Part shown: piece after piece, positions 1-12,369 of the stretch | Layout of the letters: every line of letters starts with the position of its first letter | Position numbering within the stretch: the stretch's first letter is position 1 | Source: Phoronis australis | Taxonomy: Eukaryota; Animalia; Phoronida | DNA length: 64,000 nucleotides | Direction: 5' to 3' | NCBI GenBank assembly: GCA_002633005.1 | Contig: NMRA01000698.1 | Location: forward strand, 1-64,000 | Program-made: the position numbers and the translations under genes | The notes under the pieces: model-generated | Seen by the model: only the letters and a program-made list of their open reading frames with translations | Database searches by the model: none | What the model was told of the DNA's origin: nothing

Positions 1-196
1 TCTGTATAGTGGACTTATAGTCTCAAGGTGTGAGAAACTATATCTATGTATCACTGTTCAGATGGTCACCAGGGTGGTTGTGAGTTGGGTCTCTGAATGC
101 TGAAAAACACGCTATTAAATATACTGGGCAACCTTAACTTTGGGCTGGTGACCAGATTTCCAAGGCCTGTGTAAATCCCTGCTTCCCCCTTTATAC

Positions 197-1813
197 CTGT
201 CAGCTAGTCCTCCAAACATGAATGCCCCCAGAAGTTTACCAAATCCGTACGAAGCAGTCGCTGTGGAAGCCAACGCCTCCTTCCCACATACCAAGTTCCA
301 CTGTAATGATAAGACACGCACCATTAGCTTCAATGAAAGGTGGAAATGATATCATACGGATTTTTTCCAGAATTTATTACAAACCATTTCTGATTCTAAA
401 CTAGACTTTGAATTGATTTTTAAGTGACATTGTCAATCTTAGCACTAGCAAGATTGTTCACTATGACTGCCAGTGAGATCAGATCAAACCACAGAGATCC
501 TGTTTCTCTAGTGAGCAACAGAGATGAGGATGCCCTTCGCTATCAGACAAAGATTAGCCTGTGGCTGAAGAGACATCACCTCATTTACTTGAATTTTTAA
601 GTTTTTACAGAATAGATTTTACTATCTTGGAATTAATTTAGAATCAATATTCATTATAAGGAAGTTGACAACTGTCCTCTATTTTTTGCTAGTAAACTCT
701 AACTTTTTATATCCATTTCTTTGCTATGCCCAGAGGCTAAAATATCCCATTGACGAAAAATATGTAGCTGTCCCTTTAACTCTCGATCTCAATGTTTTAG
801 AACCCTTTGGTATTTTTTCTTTTTTACAAATACACTACTGAATGACCTTTGACAGGGAAGGGAGGACAGCTAGCAACCTGTGATTCGATATCATAAGTAA
901 GTACAGGTAAAAACGTGATTTAAACTGCATGTAAGGCTTGCAGTGAGGACTAGTGAATAGTAGGTTGGGATAAGTAAATTTTCCACTGACTGGGCAAGTT
1001 ACAGAAAGTGCTGTTGGCTCGTGGGCAGTTTCCAAATTAATATTTTTGTTTGTTCTACGTTTCTCCTGCAAAGTTGACTTATACTTCACATTGGTAACCT
1101 TTTGCCTTGTCTGGGGTGACTCAAAGTTCGTACAGTATAAGCCAAAAGTATAATCAAACAAAATGACATGGAATTCCTCATCGTGACGCCAAATTTATCA
1201 CCCGAGTAGTCTTCCCTCGCAACCGAGAATGAAGGGGCATTAACAGCACTGAACTTAGTAAGGCGCCCTTGCCATTTTGTTATTAAAATTTTTATCACCA
1301 GTAGTTTTGCTGAACAAGAATTAGCCGTCATGGCTAGGAGTGTGGTACTAGTATTTTTTCTTATTATTATCTTGTACTGTAACTATAGGCAGCTTCAGTA
1401 TAGATTACCTGTGACACTATGGTGTTTTTGTACTGCGTTCTGTCGTACTCCCATGAAGAGCATTTCACAACAGGTAGACCATGCGTGATATTTAACACGC
1501 TCGCCTCTTGACCGGTATAACCAAGCACCTCGTCCGTGACTATTGCTGCGTCCAAGTCTGTTACGTTGTACATTTCACAACTGCTAAAACGCCCTTCTTT
1601 GTCACGCGGTATTGTCAGCACTTTGCGAATGTCCACTGTCAGATTTCGAAATGCTTCGGGTGCTTGGCACCAGTGTTTCGGAATAGCAGTGATCAGCACA
1701 AAATCCATGTTTGTGAAGCCTCCTAAAATACTGATGCAACTCAGCAAGAAATAGAATTTGCGCTGGTACTTGCCAAATCCCCCCACCTCTTTCAAAAACT
1801 CGTCGAAATTCAT
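197..1813 (-). CDS. SLC22-family organic cation/anion transporter (MFS), first two coding exons 1813-1409 and 300-197; gene continues beyond the left edge
   Basis: Exon 1 (405 bp, phase 0) encodes MNFDEFLKEVGGFGKYQ, TM1 and a large Cys-containing loop (HWC, CEMY, KCSSWEYD, TIVSQ) and ends at CAG|GTAATC. Exon 2 (104 bp) starts at TTACAG|TGG, encodes WNLVC...GGLADR and ends at AG|GTATAA. These motifs and this exon split are typical of SLC22. The subfamily cannot be assigned. Confidence 0.93.
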
Positions 1814-1828
1814 CTTCTTTTCTCCTGA

Positions 1829-1885
1829 TCAATAACAAAATTCTGTTCTCATCTGACCTCTGATGTATGAACTTGCCTCATCCAT
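1829..1885 (-). promoter_or_regulatory. Upstream ORF (18 codons, MDEASSYIRGQMRTEFCY*) in the SLC22 5' UTR, in frame with the main CDS
   Basis: ATG at 1885 and TGA at 1831-1829, followed by 5 codons and the main ATG at 1813. It lies just downstream of a candidate acceptor TTACAG| (exon start 1899). Confidence 0.45.
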
Positions 1886-4827
1886 ATGGTCAAAACTACC
1901 TGTAACGTGAGAGAGAAGATTTGCATGTGATCATATATAGTACTACAGCATCGGCACATGGACTTGGTTGCATTCACTACGAAGGGTTATCTCTGTGACC
2001 AGTATAAGCTTCCTGTTCTACTTATATAGAAGTTGTGAATGGCAAATTGTACCATTTAATACTTGATAAGTCTTTTATGTTCATTTACTCTTTGTTCATG
2101 GTCTTTTCCTATTCACATTTTATAGGTCAGTCACTAGCTCACTTACCCCTGCAGTAGGCCTACTGGTATGTTAATTACTGTGAAAAAACCTAACACTCAC
2201 TTATACATGTAACTCATTCATCCAATGTGCCATGTGCCTCAGACAGATGGTCTTTAATGTGGGTCAAGACAACTACAGTCTCTTCTGTCTTGTGTTTAAC
2301 CACAGTTTCTTACTTGACTGCCTGGCTTGGTTTCCTCAATCCCATGCGATATGCACCTATAATCAGTCTGTCTAGTTCCCCACGTGGGGGACGTCTCTTA
2401 GCTCAACACAGAATTAGGTTGATGCCTCTGATGTTATTTGCTCTCATGTGTAGCTATGAGTTGTTAGGCTATGTACCAGATCAATATGAATGAACATATT
2501 GTGTAAGGTAGGTTTAGCTGATCTGGGAATGGTACTTTGACCACGTGGTATTTATGGCTTTCTTAATATATATGCACTCAATCATTTTTGGTGCCAAGTA
2601 AGCTTCAAGTGGGAATTCTAAGGTGATTGCTCTGTCATTTCAATTGACCTGTGGGCATAAAACAAGATATGTGTGCTCTGTCTTATATTTTTAAAATGAG
2701 AAGAATTTTCCTCATGCTGTCAGTCCCCAGCCTGCTCCACTGAATTACAGTCAGCTTTGGCTTGTCTGCATGCCCTGCAGCTTGTCTGGTAATCTAATTT
2801 CAGTTTTATCAAGCATTGAGGAGCAAAAATGTTCAGCCCTCTTTGATTGATGGTATCCCAGCTCTGAAGGTCAAGTGCATTGTGCAATTTGTATTTGTTT
2901 GCTCTGATCAATTGGTGGTTTATGAAACTAAGTTTATTGGGGTTCATGTATCCTTTGTCCGAACTTGATTGACTTGGGGGGTGAATTATTTTCACCTCAT
3001 TGTTAATTTTAGTAGGCCATGTTAGTTAAAAGTTACCTTGAGGTGTGCTGGTGTACCATATGTTTTTGTAATCTGGACGCTCGAGTGCGTCTCGTTATGG
3101 AGCCCGGACAGGACTAAATTGTTAACTATTTTGGTATTAAAACGAATGAACTTTTAAGTCAAAGGAAACAATTGCCATGTTGTAGCATAATATAGTATGC
3201 GGCGTTTATTAACTACAGTCGCTAGTACGTTTACTCACAAGCATGCAATCTTCGTTGAGTTAATTTCGTTGTCGAACTTTGTCGGTCTTGTACTGGGGTG
3301 TAAATGCTGTGAGTGCATCTGTGACGATGCGTCTTGTTAGACAATTTAAGCCCCAGCGTTTTGTGGAGAGAACTATGAGAACAATCACTTGCTTGTCGAG
3401 TAAATAGGGGTGAATTTTGAGATATATATAGCCGAAAGTTTAAGGGGCTAAACCTTATTGGACTTACGCATTCATAACTGCGAGCTCCACCTCGGTTGAA
3501 TTTGGTTGAGCCGAAATGCCGCGTCTGTACGACGCTAGAAAAAGTGACTGAACTCCGAAACCACAAGGTGGCCCACTATTTTTAGAGGGTGTCGCATGAC
3601 AAACTGGGCCAGTGACTGGTCACCAAGTTAAAATTCTTGGAATTTATGGTCCCTGACCAAATAAGGTATGACCAAATTATACGGATGTGCTAGTACCGAC
3701 GATGACCAACAGGTGTCATGCTAATACAGAGACAGAGAGATCATTCCTGTTACATTTTCAAGTATCAAAAATAACCCATGACACGGTTCAGAGACATGAA
3801 TGTGCAGCAGCACCTGGTTTATGAAAATGATACTAAATAGTTCTTTGCACTAAAAGTTCAGTTTGGTTTCTGCCCTTTAATATGTTTCAGAAATAGGATA
3901 TGTTTTGAGGAAATGTTACATTATATCTGTCTGCATCATATTCCTGTTATAACAGTACTTAGCAAACTTTGGCAATTTTTTAAACATGTACATCTTAGGG
4001 GACATCATTGCATGGGGCTACATTGTGGGTTATCTTACATCTGGGGCATGCTTTAGAATGTGCATCAACCCTACATGGGGCACCGCTTAGGGCACATCTG
4101 AGACCGGGGACAGTGCAGTGATGTGTAAGATTCCAACAGTGGTGAAGAGCTTGCCAATGGCAAACACTGTAGATTGACGTTGTAATGTCGTAACCTGAAA
4201 GGGGAATGTTTCTTAGAACCTTTACATTAGAATTTGAATATTCAGTATGGGACATGAACAACTGTTGTAGTATTCTTCATTAATTTTGCTGATAGATTCC
4301 CTGCAAATAACTAATGTTGTTTTTTCAAGAAATAACATTCCAGTTGTCCACCATATTGTGTCCAGAATTGGTGAGATTTTAACATTCTGTGCCCTAATGT
4401 TCAAATCGAATCCATTTTCCACTGCAGTTTTTGTTATTTATTCACCTTGGCATCTCGGCTTTGATCCTCAATATCTGCGTTGGAGTTGCACAAATGAAGA
4501 CCTTCGGTATCAAACCACATAAGTGTTTGCTCTCAACTTCTAAATTCTGTGAAACGAACTTTAGAATTCTTGAAATATGAAAAGCTCCATAACTTCCTAG
4601 TGAAACCATATACTGCATGGTGGTCATATTTTGCAATATTTTGTTTTGAATTCTTTATCTTTGTTTTGGAAATTGACAATAAAATTTCACTTGAGTATAG
4701 GTGCCTGCTTGAGGGGTTATAAAAGTCCCTAATAGTGTCACAGGGCAGCTCAAGAGCTTCTATTTATAGAAGTGTTTCCAGACCAGCTGCAGCATATATT
4801 GTGCATTCAACCAAATATAGGCCTATG

Positions 4828-5046
4828 GGTTATGTTTCATGAAAAGTGACTTAGGATGTAAGATCTTATGCTCGACACAACTATTTCTGAAAAAAAATTA
4901 AATCTCACTTGAGCAAAAGTGAAAAGTGTTTGAGAACATGTTATTGCTAGTTAAAGATAAATTCTCCAAATTATTTCTGGACTGTGTTGCATTCATAAAT
5001 ACTATTTATAAAATACTTTATTCAGTGATTGTGATGTTGGGGGACC
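4828..5046. mobile_element. Degenerate MITE-like element, same family as 14490-14688
   Basis: Shares internal blocks with 14490-14688: aactatttct.aaaaa..ttaaa.ctcac.tgagca and aattct..aaattatttct.gact.tg. The ends are imperfectly inverted. Confidence 0.55.
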
Positions 5047-7807
5047 AAGAGACCAAATTATTGTCTTAAGGCTTAAGGTTATCTCAAACATTATTTACAG
5101 AAATGGTCTATTTTTACAATACATCACATATGTCTTAGAGACTAACAAAATACCTTATCTTCATTCTCGGCGAACTTCAAATATGAAATGTATATACCCT
5201 GTAGCAAAGAAAAAAATTAGCAGAACTTCCTTTGAACCGCACAACTGCATGGATAATTGTTTACTACTTTTCAGAAGTCAAAGTTTACAGGGCTGTCACT
5301 CAAATCGAATCTCCCGCCAGGCACAGAGCAGCTCCGTATGTACCCTCAGCCCTTTCATTCACTGAGTCACCATATATTGAGTCAACTAGGTCAAATAAAG
5401 GGGCCGTTTCATAGACAGTGGAGTGATATTTTTAAGAAAGTCACTACTGTATAAATTGAGGGTGGGTGGTGAGTGGAGCACGAGCATTTTAAATTAAAAA
5501 TCGTATACTTAGACATTCTGCAGTATGTAGCCACTACAAAAGCCTCAAGCCCCTTTCATGCTAACATCAATTCATCGATGTTTTAGGAAGTGGCAGTCTG
5601 TGTTAATGGGTAACCGGTCCTGGATCAAATAAAAGCTCCAGTTAACTTCGCAGTAAGCAGTTGAATTTGACTGCAGAGCATTGATGCTGAGGCACGGTAT
5701 GAATCGACCTATCGCCAGGACTATGAATGACGGCTTAAATGACCAGTCAGATCCCAGCATTCTTGACACACCTTTGTTTCCAAGCTGCCATTTTACCTGA
5801 CAACAATTCGTTGCCGGGTAAAACTTGTGCTTTGTTTGTCGACATTTCGCAAGGGGACGGAGCTTGCAATAGGCCAATGGTCAACATCAGTTTTATGTAA
5901 GTTGTCGGCAGGCCCAAGGGCAGTTTCGTCACTAATGTGTTGTGCAAATATTGGGCAGTCGAATAAAAAATCAGTTGTATGCCACTTATTCCAAAAATTC
6001 TTTAACACAGGTGGTATATCCTTTCTATTCAAAAATCTAAGGTGAAGATCACCTTATGTGTTTGTACTACCTTGCCAATAACCTGTTTCGTCCCTCAACC
6101 TACCTGACAATGCAGGTTGAGAATGGAAACAAGACAAGGCAACTAACTGAATCTGGGAAGAAGACCACTCAATAACTTTGTTGACGACAGCGTCACTTAC
6201 CATTTACTTCAATGTCGAAGCCAGTAAGGGTTTTATTAAGTTCCCTGCTTACACCAGTGCTTGTCTTCTACTATAGTTGAGTTCATATGAAAGGATCGTT
6301 TGGTTCCAATCCCTCCTGTACCTACGACTGCTCTATTGTCTGAGTTGGCCAGACTTGATTGGCCTGATCTTATCTTGTCATAAAAAGCGAAATACCCAAG
6401 CTTAAAATCTAAAATTTGGAAAAGATGACCTTCACAATGTTTTTCAACAGAGACAGGTCTTTGATTTTCAAATGTCAGTAATCTATCAGCTGAGAACACA
6501 GCAACTCAACTTGTAGGCTTGCTGACTGCTGTTTACGTACCACTTCAACTGTATAACTAATGACACTTGGTTCAGTTATACTTCTTCAGTAAAACATCAT
6601 GGTTGCCACTCAAAACATCTCCCAATACAATGGGATCTAATAAATTCTTATTTCTGTATCAGTATTTTCACATTTAAAATACAAATTTACTCAAATAGCT
6701 ATGAATGACTGAAGTTCATTTTTTTTTAATCAGTTTAGTAACCCATGCCAAATGACGTCGTATTTACATTGCAAGGTATTGTTTAATTTGCAAGATCCAT
6801 TCAACTGGCGTAAGCGCATCGCATTGGTTATCACCTATGAGACACTTCAATTGTTTTCCTTTGTTGCGACTTTGTTTGATATAACAATACAGGTCGCATG
6901 GACATTAGATCGCAAACCGGATCAGCACGAGTCATGTTCACAAACACAAAGGATAAACAACAAGACAGATTTACTTAATTATTTGAAAGCTTAATAGAGT
7001 ACGAATGTCATCAATAAGTAAACATGAAATTCTGAACATTTTTGACAATGCAGGTAGCAGCTAAAAAATGACAATTTGGTCATTTAATCGAATGTGATGA
7101 AATGATACCATACTTGGTAAGTTGGTAAATTACTCTACTGTTCAACTTTATGTTCAAATGATGCTTATGTCTTCAGACAAAGCTTGTTACCTTGTTGTTC
7201 AGCCTATAACTTTATTTTTTTTTTTATTATGTAGTCAGTACTTCTACCACTTGAGTGTATTCTCCACGGACTTAGCTTCTGTTGCACTTATGCTCAGATG
7301 GAAATGAAGTCCCTGAGATATGCTACAACCTTGAACAAATGTGTTGTTTGTTCTTATTCTGAAGTCAAAGTTATTTTGCAGGTTTATCAAACTGAACTCA
7401 ATTGGTAAAGTTGATCTAGTTATACAAATTTGTAAGCCTAGTCATTAAATATGCAAATTTATATCAGCATGGATTGACTACTTTTTAACACTTAAATGGA
7501 AAATTAGAACACATATTCAGAACAAGGATTCAGTTTTACCTCCACAAACTAAGAAAACAACTAGTGTCTGTCAGCTTACATTGGTTGATGTCCTTGGAAG
7601 TCATCAAGGTTATTCCTTGAAAATAGCCCATTCCACCTCAAATTTGGCAATTACCCGCATGTCTGAGTCACAAGGGAACATCTATCAAGAGTTCTAGATA
7701 AAACCTGTTGTTCTGGTTAGTTTTCTATGGGAAGCCAAAGCGGAAAAATTCCAGGACATAAATTTTCTATTTATTAAGAATTAAATCCTCTGCAGGACCA
7801 AAAAGTA

Positions 7808-8311
7808 TACTCAAAACCAAAATTTATCACACAAGAACCTGCAATTTGTCACAGCAGGACCAAAATATAACACATCATGACTGAAAATGTATCATACCAG
7901 CACAGAAAATTCGTTACGCGGGGAAAATTTCACATCAGGAAAAAATATGGCGTGACCCCTCATTGAAATGATGTAATAGGTACACAGTGTTTCAACGACA
8001 ACAGTCATATTATAGTGACATTGAGGCTGAATTTCTGCCATCTTTTGCACGTTTTACAACTGAAGCCAATGTACATTTGGACACACTAGTCTTGAATACG
8101 CCGGCTGAGTATTACACAGACACAGTGGATCGTCATTGTCACATGGTCTCCTGGCATGAAATTTTCTCTTAGCATGACATTTTCTCCTGGCAAGAATTTT
8201 TCACCTGGCAAGAAATTCTGTGTTCTGGCGTAATAAATGGCGTGTTAAATTTTGGTTCTGATGTGATAAATTGGAGGTTTTGGTACTTAATGAATTATGG
8301 TTTTGAAAGTA
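7808..8311. mobile_element. Foldback/MITE-like element with long imperfect inverted arms built from about 20-bp subrepeats
   Basis: The left arm (caaaaccaaaatttatcac...gcaatttgtcacagcaggaccaaaatataacac) matches the reverse complement of 8240-8311 (caaaaccataattcatt...ccaatttatcacatcagaaccaaaatttaacac). Subrepeats such as tctcctggca.gaaatttt are visible at 8146-8220. Confidence 0.55.
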
Positions 8312-8759
8312 CGTCTGAGGTCAGATGAACTTTCATATTAGCAGCGAAATTCCCAGTACGGCCGTGGAAAGTATGTGCGTGTTTGTTGGTTTTTTGTGTT
8401 GTTTTGGGTAGAAGTTTATCATTTGCTGTTATTTTCATAGTCTAATTCTATTGTAGGTGCACCACATCAGCACAGCCACTCTGGTGTGGCTTTACTCGAG
8501 GTATGATCTCAACAAATCATTAGTGCCAGTCATCACCGCCATATTGGCATTGGGCTGCTACAGACCTCTGATTGTTGAGTAAGTGCTGCAGGCAGTGCCT
8601 CTAGTGATCAATATGAAAACCACTTCTGCAGTTGGTACTATGCGCCACGTACAGTATATGCCAATAGTAAGCGGGCAAATGACCCGAAATTACAATTACG
8701 ACGGTTAGGCGCTTGAGGAGCTCATCATGACAACTTAATTTAAATTGCAAAAATTGTAA

Positions 8760-9500
8760 TTTTTTGTTCCATCAATACATGTTTGCATGCATACATACAT
8801 GCATGCAAACATATGCTATGGGTGCATTGTGCTATCGTCTTCCGCTGTTGTATTGCTGTATCTCCAAAACCCCTTAATGGATGTTAGTGAAATTTTGCAG
8901 GCTTGTTGCTATCATGAATAGGACAGCATGGCTTGAGTGAATTCTCGGTGGAATCCGATTCCAGGTGTGCCCCCTAGTGGCACTTTTAGTTTTTACGTTT
9001 TCTTCCATATCTTTGCAGTTCCTTTGATGGATTTTGCCAAAAGAGATCTCCCCATCTTTAGGCAGTGATGGATTGGGTCGTCATGAAATTTGAGATAGTT
9101 TTACCATTGGGATTGCCTGTCCATTCATGTAGATAGGCTAATGTCGAGTCCTAGTATGCCAATTGACTTTTTTGTGTCTGTTCCTCACTTCAAAATCCAG
9201 CAAAAGCTTTCAGGTTACAGTAACTATCCACTGATGTCACACGACAATCATGGCTGAAAATGGTCATTTTTTCGCTTTCAGTGGCTGATAACATTTTGTG
9301 GCAAATTATGGTAATTTTAGCAAATATTTTGTTTTGGCATCTACACACTTCAAACCATTGTTGTAATGGGCTAAAATGTTCTTAATTTTTACTTTTGTGG
9401 AGAAATTTAGCAATTAAAATAGAATTTCACTTGTGGGTCGTATTGTGTGCTAAGTAAGTGAAGAACAGATTAAACTGACTTTCTGTGGCACCTTATGCTC
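8760..9500 (+). mobile_element. Non-autonomous interspersed repeat, possibly HINE/helentron-like; right boundary uncertain
   Basis: A T-run is followed by a perfect 14-bp palindrome (atgtttgcatgcat at 8779-8792 and atgcatgcaaacat at 8799-8812). The body that follows resembles common marine-invertebrate non-autonomous elements. Confidence 0.3.
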
Positions 9501-12336
9501 TGCTCTCAGTTATTCTTACGGTGAAAGGATTTTAACGGAAAGTTTCAAATTTTTGTTGAATAGCAGCTTAAAAGAATGAAATGCAGTTAATGGAAAGATG
9601 GACTTGTTAATAACACTTGTAGTGATTATTTGTTATTTGTTATTACTGTTTATGTTAAAAAAGTTTAGTCATATTATTTTGCATATTCCAGAATTCTCAC
9701 GCACGCTGTCGGTCTAGGTTCCTGGGCATTACTTGTGGCCAAAACCCTCTTCACAAGCTGCGTTGGTCTCGTGTCGCTACGGATGTTTTTATCATTGCAA
9801 CAAACTGCCAACTCGTTTTGAGAAGATCCTTTTATGCAATTTTTATCTCTCTTAGTGCCTGTTTAAGTATTGCCGTCGTCTCGGTGCGAGTGAAATGGAA
9901 CAAGGTCTTGTTTCATCGAATCGCAGGTGTTTGATGAGAAATTCATGTTAGGAAGCCCTTTGGTGGTGTTTTTGAAAAAATAAGTGTTGTGTATTTTTTA
10001 TTTTCCACTTAGAATGATAAAGTTTGCTATTGTTGGAGTCTGTCTCAAGCTTGCTTTTTGAAATAAGACCAGAGATGTTAAAGAAAACAAGTGACTTAGT
10101 TGTTTAAAATCTCATTTCTTTTCTATTAATGGCCTTAACATGAAAATAATGCAGAACATCTGTCATCCTGATAGCCATTTTTCGTAATTATGGTAAAATT
10201 TTGCTCAAGGTGAGAGCTTATCCAGAGTTCTAGAAGTAGCCAATATTGGCCGACCCAAATTCAAGAACAGCTGGAAAGACGGCAAAAGTACTCACTCTGT
10301 AGATTGAAAATACACTGTCTGAAAGTCGGGAAATAGGGTGAACGCCAAAATCGCACTTGTCCCAATTTACAGAATCAAGAAAATTCAATTTTCCGGGGAG
10401 TTTACATGTTCCAAATTCTAGAGACTTTCCTAAATGGGAGATTTTTTGCTGTTGTGGCAACATAAACAATAAGTAACCATCACAGCTGTTCAGTTTGCAA
10501 AGATTTGTAATTACAGTTCACCCAATTATTACCTAGCGAAGCAATAACATTGTTGAGAAAATGGAACGTAACAAGAGCTTGGCATTAGCCATTGATAGGT
10601 CCCAGTTATTGTCGCTAAATTACTTATTTGGGCATATGAGGCATAGTCAATGGGGTGATGAATCAAAATTTTGAATGTTTTGATTTTGAAGGCACAAGTA
10701 GTAACTAGTCAAACTCTGATTTTAATAAAATGGCATAAGCACATTATAAAGTGAAAAGGAAAACTGATTTCAGATTGCAATAAGAAAGCAGGATTGGCAA
10801 TATATGATAATAATGTTCTTCTTGACATGACATTGGGCTAACCCATTTTGATCTTGTAAATCAGGTCATGTAATTCCATTGAACCAGTCTAATTATCTAT
10901 GATTTAACTTGTCTTAACATAAATTATGTCAATAAATGAGCATCAGAACAGTTAAATGCCTTGCCTAGCATATCATGTGTCCACAGTTCTAATAGCTGCC
11001 ACAAACCGTGAATTAAAGGCGTGTACCACAGACATCTTAATGCTGATGTCTATGGCATGTACAATATTTAAAGTACCCCAATGCTATCCCATCACAACCA
11101 GTCGATTTTCTGAGTTTAGCAATGTTCAGAAAATATGTGTGTCAATTTGAATTATTTGACCCATAATATAGATATGAAGTTGAGGGAAGCTCCTTCCATG
11201 TTCAATTCCGGAGTTCTAAGTAAACACTTAAAAATATGTCAAATTATTCTTCATTAGAAGTACTGGCACATTTTACCTTTCCCTCGGGTTTCCAAAACTT
11301 CTTACTGTTATTTTCTTTTAACACCTTTATCCAGTACGGTTTGTTCCTTTAGAAAGAAACTATTACTTTTTGTTTTTATTTGTATTATGTAGGATTTATG
11401 TTGTTCTCTGTAAGGAAGGGAACAATTTTGTGAACCCAAGAATACATGCCACTTTTGACATGAGAGGTCATTCGTGCATAATTCACTCTAGACATGAATC
11501 TTGCTTTATGAAGCAGTGGACGAGTTAGCAAATTACTTAACACCAGCAGCAGCCCTCGTGGTTGTAGCTAACGAAGCAGTCTGGGTATTACGTAAAATGA
11601 CTGTCCACCCTTGCAGCAGTTTTCAACCTGTTAAAACTTTCGGTGTCCCATAATCGAGCCAATCACATGAGGTGTAGCTAGCCAACGAATGTGTCTAGTC
11701 TCAGTCTAGTGTCACGTGTCCAGCTAAGGGGCTGAAGGGGACGGCGGGCCTCTTAGTAGCCTACTTTAACAGTGCTAAAACTCCAGGCAGCCCACGCTGG
11801 AACTGGAGGTTAGAACTGTAAATCAAACTTGGGGTCCCGGTGATATAGTTAATCCGCCACTGGTGGGGGAGGGATTGACGACAGTCGTGCCAGAGCTGAA
11901 ACGTCCTCTTTTGGTCCCCATTGGCGGACAGTGCCGGGCAAATATGGAAATGGCTTCACATACCAGCATGTTTTTAAGGGGCGATAAAAATCATTCTTTG
12001 AATAGCAGAGCTTTCCAACGAGATTCTGTTAAATGAAAAGAATTTCGGCGCCAACACGGTGGTAAGCTGGTGTACTTGACTTCAACGTCAGGTGATTCTT
12101 GAACAAACAACACTATTTTTGATTTGAAAACCAATTCCAAACAGTATTTAAGAGAATAGTGCATAAATTATAGTATCTGTAAATTTCACATCAATCCAAT
12201 GAGACATTTCTGTGATAAGATGTTCAGAAATTAGATGGAAAGTTTGGATTTGTTACTGCAGGTTTTAGGCGCTCCGCCGTGCAGTGCGCGCCGATTGTAA
12301 TCGGGGGAAAACGGCCCGAAATTAATTCATAGGAGG

Positions 12337-12338
<2 letters not shown>

Positions 12339-12369
<31 letters not shown>
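12339..12369. repeat. (TCA)n microsatellite, about 10 units
   Basis: Read directly from the sequence. Confidence 0.95.
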
